DNA from: Gaiellaceae bacterium
Lineage (GTDB): Bacteria > Actinomycetota > Thermoleophilia > Gaiellales > Gaiellaceae
Direction: 5' to 3'
DNA length: 64,000 nucleotides
NCBI GenBank assembly: GCA_046262315.1
Contig: JBHEMZ010000054.1
Coordinates: 267-64,266 of the forward strand
Made by a program: the position numbers and the translations under genes
Part shown: in pieces, positions 1 to 7,879 of the stretch
Position numbering within the stretch: the stretch's first letter is position 1
Layout: the number at the start of each line of letters is the position of its first letter
Notes under the pieces: generated by a model
The model's input: only the letters and a program-made list of their open reading frames with translations
What the model was told of the DNA's origin: nothing
The model's database searches: none

Positions 1-167
1 GGTCGATCGAAACGTCCGTTCCTACAACTGACCACCCGGCGGGCGCGAGAGCAGGAATGGCACGGCCCGTTCCGCAGCCAAGATCCAGGCATCGGCCCGG
101 CCCTCTTCCAAGCAGCCGCACGACAACGTTGCGCGCGCTCGAGAACATGTCAGCCGACGTGATTGAC

Positions 168-626
168 TCATACCACTACGTCTGGCCGTCGTAGCGCGCC
201 GTGGTCATAGCTCAGTCTAGGCTGGTCCTGCAGGAGCGACCAGGACGCCGTTCGGGCGCGGATGAGGGCCACCGTCTCGCCCCAGGGCTTCGCGGTGGGC
301 GGCGCGACCGGTATCGCACCGGCAGCAAGCGCACCCTCGTAGGCCGTTGCAACCTCGGGAACTGTCAGGCCGATCTCGACTCCCGCCGGTGGGCCGGACG
401 GATCATGCTCGTTCCCGGGGACCGGCAGATGTCGATCTACGAGTTCGGGTGAGGCGAAAGCGAGCTTGGTGTCGCCGGTGCGCAACTCTGCGTACGCGCC
501 GTTCTCGTGCTCGTCGAGGCGCAGCGGCTCGAGACCGAACGCACGCTCGTAGAACGCGACGCCTGCGGCCACGTCGCCGACGTAGAAGACGGTCGTGGAG
601 AACCGAACTTGGCCCGAGGCCGTCAC
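168..626 (-). CDS. VOC (glyoxalase/bleomycin-resistance/dioxygenase) family protein; the 3' end is possibly frameshifted
   Basis: 152-aa ORF. FYVGDVAAGVAFYERAFGLEP and a C-terminal PWGETVALIR segment are typical of the VOC fold. The expected ending PNGVLV appears in another frame. Confidence 0.7.
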   Translation of the reverse strand: MTASGQVRFSTTVFYVGDVAAGVAFYERAFGLEPLRLDEHENGAYAELRTGDTKLAFASPELVDRHLPVPGNEHDPSGPPAGVEIGLTVPEVATAYEGALAAGAIPVAPPTAKPWGETVALIRARTASWSLLQDQPRLSYDHGALRRPDVVV

Positions 627-1171
627 GTGCTCGGCGCGACAGCGTCATGGCGAACGATGTGCAGGTCCGGGAGGTTGCGGTAGCGCTCGCCGAGGTCGAA
701 GCCGTAGCCGACGAAGAACTCGTCCGGCACAGTGAAGCCCACGTAGCGGACGGGCAGGTCGTCGACGAGTCGGCGGTACGGCCGGTCGAGCAGCGTCGCC
801 GCTACCAGCGAGGCGGGCCGCCGCAGCGTCAGGATCTTGCGCAGGTAGTTAAGCGTCAGGCCGGTGTCGACGACGTCTTCGACCACGACGATGTCGCGGC
901 CTTCGATCGGCGCGTCGAGATCCTTGAGTAGCCTGATCGAGCCGCCGTTCGAGCCCCCGTTGTACGAGGCCAGCTCGACGAAGTCGACGTGGTGCGCGAT
1001 CGGCGTCGCCCGCGAGAGATCGGCCAGAAACACCATGCTGGCCTTGAGCGGGGCCACGAAGAGGGGCTCGCGTCCCGCATAGTCCGCGGCCACCTCGGCA
1101 CCGAGTTCGGCCACACGCGCGGCGATCTCCTTGCCAGAGAGGTAAACCTCACCGACGCCGGAGCCGCTCAG
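623..1171 (-). CDS. hpt: Hypoxanthine-guanine phosphoribosyltransferase
   Basis: The PRPP-binding motif IVVVEDVVDTGLTL and GYGFDLGERYRNLPDL match the HPRT family, and the size is ~182 aa. The start is uncertain: the only well-placed candidate is a CTG overlapping the upstream stop (CTGA). Confidence 0.8.
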   Translation of the reverse strand: MSGSGVGEVYLSGKEIAARVAELGAEVAADYAGREPLFVAPLKASMVFLADLSRATPIAHHVDFVELASYNGGSNGGSIRLLKDLDAPIEGRDIVVVEDVVDTGLTLNYLRKILTLRRPASLVAATLLDRPYRRLVDDLPVRYVGFTVPDEFFVGYGFDLGERYRNLPDLHIVRHDAVAPST

Positions 1172-1539
1172 GTCGCGAGAGTCAGGCCGTATCGCTGTGC
1201 CAGTCGCTCGATGTCCCGTCGGTAGAAGAGCTTCGCGCGCACGCCTGGGTACCGCTCCCGCAGCTTGCGCAGCTTGCGGTTCTTGCGCGTGACGAGGGAT
1301 TGCTTCATGGTCGTGACCTCGAGGTACAGGTCCTGCTCCGGGAGGTAGAAGTCGGGCGTGAACGCCTCGAGCACGCGGCCGTCCGCGGAGCGCTCGAGCA
1401 CGAAGGTGCGCGGCTCGTACTCCCACCGGAGCCCGTGATAGTCGAGAATCTTCGCGCACTCAAGCTCCACGTCGTTCGCAAACCGCGGCTGGATGGTACC
1501 GGAATATGCCTGGAAAACGGGCATTTCTCCACGCGGCAC
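1168..1539 (-). CDS. Small hypothetical protein with a PD-(D/E)XK nuclease-like motif
   Basis: 123-aa ORF immediately upstream of hpt. The segment TPDFYLPEQDLYLEVTTMK fits the PD...(D/E)xK pattern. No family was recognised beyond that. Confidence 0.45.
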   Translation of the reverse strand: MPRGEMPVFQAYSGTIQPRFANDVELECAKILDYHGLRWEYEPRTFVLERSADGRVLEAFTPDFYLPEQDLYLEVTTMKQSLVTRKNRKLRKLRERYPGVRAKLFYRRDIERLAQRYGLTLAT

Positions 1540-1592
1540 CAGCGTAGCAGCGGCGCCGGATGAGCCCTTGCGCGGGCTCTAGACTCTGCTTG

Positions 1593-2390
1593 ATGCCGCA
1601 CACGGAGCCATTCCGCCTCGCGCACATCTCCGACATCCACTGCGGCGGGTCGCATTTCGTCCCCAGCCTGATGGACCGGGCGATCGCGGAGATCAACGAG
1701 CTGCGACCGGACATTGTCGTCTGCTCGGGAGACCTGACCACCTACGGCTTCAAGCAGGAGTACCTGGAGGCGAAGAGCTACCTCGACAAGATCGAGTGCG
1801 ACGCCTTCGTGATCATCCCGGGGAACCACGATTCGCGGAACGTCGGCTACCTGCACTTCGAGCAGCTCTGGGGCGACCGAAATCCGGTGTTGCGCATGAA
1901 CGGAATCACCGTCGTCGCGGTCGACTCGACGCAGCCCGACCTCGACGAAGGGCAGATTGGTCGCGGGCGCTACTCCTGGATCGAGGAGCAATTCGCGCAG
2001 CCCTCCGACCTCAACATCTTCGTCTTGCACCATCACCTGCTGCCTGTGCCGGGCACCGGGCGCGAGCGCAACATCGTCTTCGATGCGGGCGACGCGATCG
2101 AGTGTCTCCAGCGCGCGGGTGTCGACCTCGTCCTCTGCGGCCACAAGCACGTGCCGTACGCTTGGCGCCTGGAGGACCTCTTCGTCGTGAACACGGGCAC
2201 GGTCTCGTCCACACGGCTGCGCGGCAACACGCGGCCGTGCTACATCGTCGTCGAGATCACGGGCAAGCACGTGGACGTCTGGCGCAAGTACCCGTTCCAC
2301 GGGCAGGAGCGGATCATCCAGTTCTCGACGGAGACGCGCGCCTTCGAGAAGTACACCGACCGCATCGAGGACGAAGTCACCACCCGCTGA
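1593..2390 (+). CDS. Metallophosphoesterase (calcineurin-like phosphoesterase)
   Basis: The motifs HISDIHCG, SGDLTTYG, IPGNHD and VLHHHLLP are the canonical metallophosphoesterase signature. The start was taken at the ATG giving MPHTEPF. Confidence 0.8.
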   Translation: MPHTEPFRLAHISDIHCGGSHFVPSLMDRAIAEINELRPDIVVCSGDLTTYGFKQEYLEAKSYLDKIECDAFVIIPGNHDSRNVGYLHFEQLWGDRNPVLRMNGITVVAVDSTQPDLDEGQIGRGRYSWIEEQFAQPSDLNIFVLHHHLLPVPGTGRERNIVFDAGDAIECLQRAGVDLVLCGHKHVPYAWRLEDLFVVNTGTVSSTRLRGNTRPCYIVVEITGKHVDVWRKYPFHGQERIIQFSTETRAFEKYTDRIEDEVTTR

Positions 2391-2430
2391 TGGGCAGCGT
2401 GCCGGCCGGGAGCCGAAGGCGCCCAGGAAC

Positions 2431-3696
2431 GTGAGGGCGTTGGCGATCATCGATGGCGAGCACCACGCGCCGGTCGTGCGTGACGCACTGGAGACGCTGC
2501 CGCACGAGGTCGTGGCGGCGTGGCTCGCAGGCGGGCGGGAGAAGCTGCGCGGCGGCGAGGACTACGGCGTCCCGCTCGCCGCCGGGCTCGAGGAGGGTGT
2601 GGCGGAATACGGCCCGGATCTCGTCGTCGACCTCTCGGACGAGCCCGTGCTCGGGCCGCCAGAGCGCCTCCGCGTCGCGAGCCGCGTGCTCGCGCTCGAC
2701 CTCCCGTACGTCGGCCCGGACTTCCGCTTCGACCCGCCCTCGGCGCCTCCGGTAGACGTCCCGGCTCTCGCGGTGATCGGGACGGGGAAGCGCGTCGGCA
2801 AGACCGCCGTCACGGCACATGCCGCCCGGCTGCTCGCTGCGGATCGCGCCGTCGTTGTGGTCGCGATGGGCCGGGGCGGCCCGCCGAAGCCCGAGCTGCT
2901 CGAGCGGTCGCCGTCACTCAATGAGCTGCTTTCGCGGTCGCGCGCCGGCTTGCACGCGGCCTCCGACTATCTTGAGATCGCGGCGCTCACGGGCGTCCCG
3001 ACCGTCGGCTGCCGGCGCTGCGGCGGCGGGCTCGCGGGCTCACCGGCTGTCTCGAACGTCGCCGCCGGCGTCGAGCTCGCCGCGGAGCGAAGGCCCGACC
3101 TCGTGCTCCTCGACGGCAGCGGCGCCGCGCTGCCGCCGGTTAAGGCCGATGCCCGCGTGCTCGTGATCGGCGCGGACCAGGGACCGCTCCTGGCGACGGG
3201 CTACCTGAACGCCTACCGCATCCTCGTGGCCGACCTCGTGGTGCTGACGATGTGCGAGCAGGGCACGCCCTACGAGGCGGTACGGTCGGCCGTTGCGGAA
3301 CTCAGCCCGGTGCCCGTCGTGGCGACTGTCCTGCGGCCGCGGCCAACCGCGCGCGTCGCCGGCCGCCGCGTCGGGTTCTTCACCGTCGCGCCGGCCGCCG
3401 CGCACGCGACACTCGCCGAGCACGTGCGTGCCGAGCACGGCGCCGCGGAGGTGGTCGTCTCGGGTCACCTGGCCGACCGGGCGGCGCTCAAGCGGGACCT
3501 CGCCGGGCTCGACGCCGACGTCTTCCTCGTCGAGCTGAAGGCGGCGGCGGTGGACGTCGTGCTCGAGGCGGCGGTCGCGCGCGGCATCGAGGTGGTGCTC
3601 GCCGATGCGGAGGTACGGGCGTTACCCGGCGAGCTCGATCTTGACGGCCGGCTGTGCGCGCTTGCGGACGCCGCCGCGCGGCGGAGCCTGCCGTGA
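2431..3696 (+). CDS. cpgS: Cyclic 2,3-diphosphoglycerate synthetase-like protein
   Basis: 421 aa. The N-terminus is IIDGEHHAPVVRDAL and the P-loop is VIGTGKRVGKTAV, an architecture I recognise from the archaeal cDPG synthetase family. The neighbouring 2-phosphoglycerate kinase gene supports the call. Confidence 0.7.
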   Translation: MRALAIIDGEHHAPVVRDALETLPHEVVAAWLAGGREKLRGGEDYGVPLAAGLEEGVAEYGPDLVVDLSDEPVLGPPERLRVASRVLALDLPYVGPDFRFDPPSAPPVDVPALAVIGTGKRVGKTAVTAHAARLLAADRAVVVVAMGRGGPPKPELLERSPSLNELLSRSRAGLHAASDYLEIAALTGVPTVGCRRCGGGLAGSPAVSNVAAGVELAAERRPDLVLLDGSGAALPPVKADARVLVIGADQGPLLATGYLNAYRILVADLVVLTMCEQGTPYEAVRSAVAELSPVPVVATVLRPRPTARVAGRRVGFFTVAPAAAHATLAEHVRAEHGAAEVVVSGHLADRAALKRDLAGLDADVFLVELKAAAVDVVLEAAVARGIEVVLADAEVRALPGELDLDGRLCALADAAARRSLP

Positions 3697-4601
3697 CAGA
3701 GCCGCGCCGCTTGGAACCGCTGCCGCTCGGCGGGCCGGATGGGCCGCCCTACTCCAAGGGGCTCATGGCCCGCGCGCTGATGGCAACGGGACTACGAGCC
3801 GACCGTGCGTACGAGCTGGCGCGGCGCGTCGAGAAGGACCTGCGCCGCCTCCCGGGGGAGAGCGTCTCGCTGAACCGCATCGGCGAGCTCGCCGTGGAGC
3901 TCTTCGGCGAGCAGGAGGGAACACGCGTCGCGGGCAGCTTGCGCCGCTACCACGGTCTCCAGGAGCTCGACGTCCCGATCGTCCTGCTGGTCGGCGGCGC
4001 GACCGGCACGGGCAAGTCCACCATCGCGACCCAGGCCGCCTACCGCCTCGGCATCACCCGCGTCACCTCCACGGATTTCATCCGCCAGACGATGCGCGCC
4101 TTCTTCTCCGGCGAGTTCATGCCGTCCATCCACTACTCGAGCTTCGAGGCGAAAGTCGCCGGCGAGTCGGAGGACGGGCCCGAGGGCGGCATGCTGCCGG
4201 GCTTCCTCGATCAGACGCGCAACGTCCTCGTCGGCGTGCGCGCGGCGATCGATCGTGCGCTCCAGGAGGGCTGGTCGCTCGTGATCGAGGGCGTGCACCT
4301 CGTGCCTGGGATGCTGCCGCCGATCGACGGCCCGCTCGTGGTCCAGGCCGTCGTTGCGATCGACGACGAGGAGGATCATCTGGGTCACTTCTACATCCGC
4401 GACGCGGCCTCCGAGGGCCTCCGGCCGCTCGACAAGTACGTCTCGCACTTCGGCGACATCCGCGCGCTCCAGGAGTACATCGTCGAACGCGCACGCCGAA
4501 ACGACGTCCCTGTGATCGTGAACGAGGACCTGGACGACGCGGTCGCGGCCGTCATGGAGCTTGTGCTGGAGCGCGCCGAACAAGTACAAACCGTGGCATG
4601 A
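3693..4601 (+). CDS. 2-phosphoglycerate kinase-like protein
   Basis: The N-terminal PYSKGLMARALMATGLRADRAYELARRVE (ATP-cone-like) and the P-loop VGGATGTGKSTIA are typical of the 2PGK family. The GTG start overlaps the cpgS stop (GTGA). Confidence 0.7.
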   Translation: MTEPRRLEPLPLGGPDGPPYSKGLMARALMATGLRADRAYELARRVEKDLRRLPGESVSLNRIGELAVELFGEQEGTRVAGSLRRYHGLQELDVPIVLLVGGATGTGKSTIATQAAYRLGITRVTSTDFIRQTMRAFFSGEFMPSIHYSSFEAKVAGESEDGPEGGMLPGFLDQTRNVLVGVRAAIDRALQEGWSLVIEGVHLVPGMLPPIDGPLVVQAVVAIDDEEDHLGHFYIRDAASEGLRPLDKYVSHFGDIRALQEYIVERARRNDVPVIVNEDLDDAVAAVMELVLERAEQVQTVA

Positions 4602-5608
4602 CTCAGACCGCCGATGAGAAGCAACAGGTCGAGGCCGGTACTGAACGGGCGTGCGGGTGTGAGACATACGCGCGCGTGACGGAGCGTGCGGCGCTTGCGG
4701 GGGCGCGCTGGCTTGGCCGCGCGGATCAGGAAGCGGCCGCGTCGAGCGCGTCGCGTGCGATGTGGGGGGCGCTCAAGATCCAACCGATCGACGGCAAGGT
4801 CGTCGTCGGCGCCGCAGAAGGCCTCGAGGAGCTCGCCGCCGGGCAGCACGTCGGCGCGGGGGGAGAGGAAGTCGACCTCGCCGTCGATCCCATCGAGGGC
4901 GCGGGTATCGTCGCGCGGGGCGCCAGTGGGGCGATGTCCATGGTCGCGGTCGGGCCGGCGGGTTCGCTCCAGACGCTTCCGGACATGTACATGCGCAAGA
5001 TGGCCGTGGGGCCGCGCGCGCTGGGGAAGATCGACCTGCGCGCGCCGATCGCAGACAACGTCCGCGCCATCGCGGATGCGTTCGGCCGGCGTCCCGAGGA
5101 CATCACCACGATCGTGCTCGACCGGCCGCGCCACCACGATCTGATCGAGGAGATCCGACAGGCCGGCGCGCGCATCAAGCTCGTCCAGGACGGGGATGTA
5201 ACCGCGTCGATCTCGGCCGCGATCCGCGGCACCAACGACCATCTCGCCGTCGGGATCGGCGGCACGCGCCAGGCGGTCCTCGCCGCCGCCGCGCTGCGCT
5301 GCCTCGGCGGGGAGCTGCAGGCCCAGCTCTGGCCGACCTCGCGCGGTGAGATCGAGCAGGCCGGCACGCAGGGCATCGACGACATCGAGCGGGTGTTCGG
5401 CATCGACGACCTCGCGCCGAGCGAGGTGATCTTCGCGGCGACCGGTGTCTCGAACGGCGATCTTCTGCGCGGCGTGCGCTACCTCGCGGACAGCGCCCTC
5501 ACGCACACGCTCGTCATGTGCACGCGGTGCAACTGGGTGCGCTTCGTCGACGGCATCCACTTCTTCGCCCGAGAGCGGCGTGAGGAAGTTCGGTTGCCCG
5601 GCTTTTGA
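4598..5608 (+). CDS. glpX: Class II fructose-1,6-bisphosphatase (GlpX type)
   Basis: 336 aa. VDLAVDPIEGAG, GIGGTRQAVLAAAALRCLGGELQAQLWP and FAATGVSNGDLLRGV match GlpX. The ATG overlaps the upstream stop (ATGA). Only the C-terminal part of the 667-aa ORF in the track is used. Confidence 0.85.
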   Translation: MTQTADEKQQVEAGTERACGCETYARVTERAALAGARWLGRADQEAAASSASRAMWGALKIQPIDGKVVVGAAEGLEELAAGQHVGAGGEEVDLAVDPIEGAGIVARGASGAMSMVAVGPAGSLQTLPDMYMRKMAVGPRALGKIDLRAPIADNVRAIADAFGRRPEDITTIVLDRPRHHDLIEEIRQAGARIKLVQDGDVTASISAAIRGTNDHLAVGIGGTRQAVLAAAALRCLGGELQAQLWPTSRGEIEQAGTQGIDDIERVFGIDDLAPSEVIFAATGVSNGDLLRGVRYLADSALTHTLVMCTRCNWVRFVDGIHFFARERREEVRLPGF

Positions 5609-5775
5609 CCCTCGAACGTCCGGCGCGCTGGGCGCGCCCTGCCGAGGATTCCAAGTCAGACGCGTCGGGGTAGCGAGGTGGCTGCGCCGGGCAAAGCCGG
5701 CTCCGCCTATGTTCCGCGGGGTGCGCGCTCTGATTCATGCGGAGAAGCAGATGCCCTCCGGGCTAGACTGGTTCG

Positions 5776-6081
5776 GTGAGCGCGCCGACTAGAGAGGACG
5801 TCATCGAGGCTCTCCGCACGGTCGAGGACCCGGAGCTCGGCATGGACATCGTCGATCTCGGACTGTTCTACGACGTCGAGATCGAAGACTCGCGCGTGAA
5901 GGTTATTCACAGTCTGACGTCGATGGGCTGCCCGGCTGGGGCGATGATCGACGAGGGAATCCGCGAGGCCGCTGCCTCGGTGCCCGGCGTCGAGCATGTG
6001 GATGTCGAGCTTGTCTGGGACCCCGCCTGGACGCCGGAACGTATGTCCGACGACGCCAAATTCATCCTTGGCTTTGGCTGA
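5776..6081 (+). CDS. DUF59/SufT-like Fe-S cluster assembly protein (MIP18 family)
   Basis: 101 aa. The sequence VEDPELGMDIVDLGLFYDVEI...SMGCPAG...VELVWDPAWTPERMS is the typical DUF59 pattern. Confidence 0.8.
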   Translation: MSAPTREDVIEALRTVEDPELGMDIVDLGLFYDVEIEDSRVKVIHSLTSMGCPAGAMIDEGIREAAASVPGVEHVDVELVWDPAWTPERMSDDAKFILGFG

Positions 6082-6091
6082 CGCCAAAGCC
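6070..6091. terminator. Hairpin between convergent genes (GGCTTTGGC-TGAC-GCCAAAGCC)
   Basis: A perfect 9-bp stem with a 4-nt loop. It contains the DUF59 stop codon and abuts the stop of the convergent pseudogene. Confidence 0.45.
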
Positions 6092-6647
6092 TAAGAGTGT
6101 TTGGCGAAACGCTCGTCTAACGTGTAATGCCAGCCCTCCTGGAACTGTGCGGGGAGCGGCTATGAGTTCCTCTAGCGGTTGGCCACCAACGAGGTGATCG
6201 AAAGCCCACCAGGTCGAGACGTGGCGATCATTAGCACGCGCGCTCCGTCATGCCGGTGCACGACGTCTGAGAACAGCCAGCGGTGTTGCTCGACTGCCTG
6301 CCGCCAGCTCTCGCCGCCCGGAAACGCCGTGTCGATTCGAAGCTGGCGCTCCTCGACGAGCTGGTCCACCGGCATCCGTTCAGGTCGCCGTAGTTGCACT
6401 CGCGCAAGCGCCAGTCCTTGAAGATCGGGATCGCGGGGTCGCCGAACGCTATGTCCGCGGTCTCGACCGCGCGAGCGAGATCAGATACGAAAACAGCCAC
6501 CAATGGCTCTGATCCTCGGCGCTCGCCCAGCTCCCCGGCCAGCCGCCTCCCGTCCTCGGAGAGACGGCCCTCAAGCCACCCAGTCGCCCGTCCGCGCGCG
6601 TTGTCTTCCGTAAGCGAGTGCGTCTCGAAGATGACTTGGACGGCCAC
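6091..6647 (-). pseudogene. Histidine phosphatase (phosphoglycerate mutase-like) family gene disrupted by at least 3 frameshifts
   Basis: A continuous family-like sequence is recovered only by switching frame three times: VIFETHSLTEDN...RECNYGDLNG / MPVDQLVEER...VLMI / HVSTWWAFDHLVGGQPLEEL / FQEGWHYTLDE. Confidence 0.65.
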
Positions 6648-6765
6648 TCTTGCTCGATTATCCCAGGGCCCTCCACGCCGACCATTCCATCCTCGGACGC
6701 CCTCGTCGCGTTCGTGGGCCTCCGCTCGCGCTTTGGGCCGACCGGCCAAAGCCTCACCATTCCGA

Positions 6766-7755
6766 TCAGCCCGGAATGGCCAGCATGATCTTGCCGAAGT
6801 GCTCGCCGCTCTCCATGCGCTCGTGCGCCTTGCGCGCGTCCGCCAGCGGGAAGACGGAGTCCACGACGGGCATCGCACGCCCGCTCGCGACGAGCTCGTA
6901 AGCGCCCTCGAAGTCGGAGCGCGTGCCCATCGTCGAGCCGTACACGACGAGCTGCTTCCACCAGATGCGGTGGAGCGCGGCGGGCGGGTTCGGACCGCTC
7001 GTTGCCCCGCAGACGACGATGCGGCCCTCCTGCCGCGCGGCCTGGAGCGACGTCTGCCACGTCGCCTGGCCCACGTGCTCGACTACGACGTCCACACCGC
7101 GCCCCTCGGTCGCGCGTTTCACCGACGCGGCCACGTCGCCCGTCTCGTGGTTGACGACGGCGTCCGCGCCCAGCTCGCGGGCCCGCTCGAGCTTCGCGTC
7201 GCTCGACGAGGTAGCGAGCACGCGTGCGCCGAGCGCCTGTGCGATGGCGAGAGACGCCGAGCCGACGCCGCTGCCGACGCCCCAGACGAGCACCCACTCG
7301 CCCTTGGCAAGCTGCGCCTTCGTCACGAGCATGCGGTATGCGGTCTCGAAGACGAGTGGGAACGCGGCGGCCTCCTCAAAGGACAGGCCGCCCTCGAGCG
7401 GGTAGACGTTAGACGCCGGCACCGCGATCAGCTCGGCGTGCGTCCCGTCGGTGTGCTCGCCGACGACGGTAATCCGCCCCTCGTGCTCGAGGCCGGGGTT
7501 GATGACGACCTGCTGGCCCGGCTCGAACCCCTCGACGCCCTCGCCGAGCGCCTCGACGAAGCCGGCGCCGTCCGCTCCGAGGATGCGCGGCTTCGGCACG
7601 GAAGGCAGTCCCTTGCGGATCCAGACGTCGAGGCGGTTGAGCGAGGCGGCGCGCAGCCGGATCAGCACCTCGCCGGGGGCGGCCTCTGGATCGGGCGCGT
7701 CTTCGTAGCGCAGAACCTCAGGCCCGCCGTCCTCGTGGATCCGGATCACCTTCAC
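6766..7755 (-). CDS. Zinc-type alcohol dehydrogenase / quinone oxidoreductase family (MDR superfamily)
   Basis: VKVIRIHEDGGPEVL..., ILGADGAGFV, the Rossmann motif VWGVGSGVGSASLAIAQALGARV, and a C-terminal GKIMLAIPG. A GTG start was chosen at the family-typical N-terminus. Confidence 0.85.
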   Translation of the reverse strand: MKVIRIHEDGGPEVLRYEDAPDPEAAPGEVLIRLRAASLNRLDVWIRKGLPSVPKPRILGADGAGFVEALGEGVEGFEPGQQVVINPGLEHEGRITVVGEHTDGTHAELIAVPASNVYPLEGGLSFEEAAAFPLVFETAYRMLVTKAQLAKGEWVLVWGVGSGVGSASLAIAQALGARVLATSSSDAKLERARELGADAVVNHETGDVAASVKRATEGRGVDVVVEHVGQATWQTSLQAARQEGRIVVCGATSGPNPPAALHRIWWKQLVVYGSTMGTRSDFEGAYELVASGRAMPVVDSVFPLADARKAHERMESGEHFGKIMLAIPG

Positions 7756-7879
7756 GGCCCGGATCGTAGGGCCTCGCGCCCGTCGCGCTTCCGGGAGGAA
7801 GTCGTCACCCACGCGCGCGCTTTTCCTCGCTACCGTGAAACCGGAGGGAGGCCCGCGGCCGGCCCCTGAGGAGAAGGAC

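Noticed and set aside
1-167. A possible gene fragment at the left edge of the window
   Set aside because: It is too short, with no recognisable motif in any frame. It is left unannotated.
623-1459. The full 278-aa version of the hpt ORF
   Set aside because: Its N-terminal ~95 residues overlap the 123-aa nuclease-like ORF in another frame and are Arg/Ala-rich. HPRT similarity begins only ~18 residues before AARVAELG.
3605-4597. The N-terminal 331 residues of the 667-aa ORF that ends as glpX
   Set aside because: This part is Arg/Pro/Gly-rich nonsense that overlaps the 2-phosphoglycerate kinase frame. GlpX similarity begins at the ATG at 4598, which overlaps the upstream stop.
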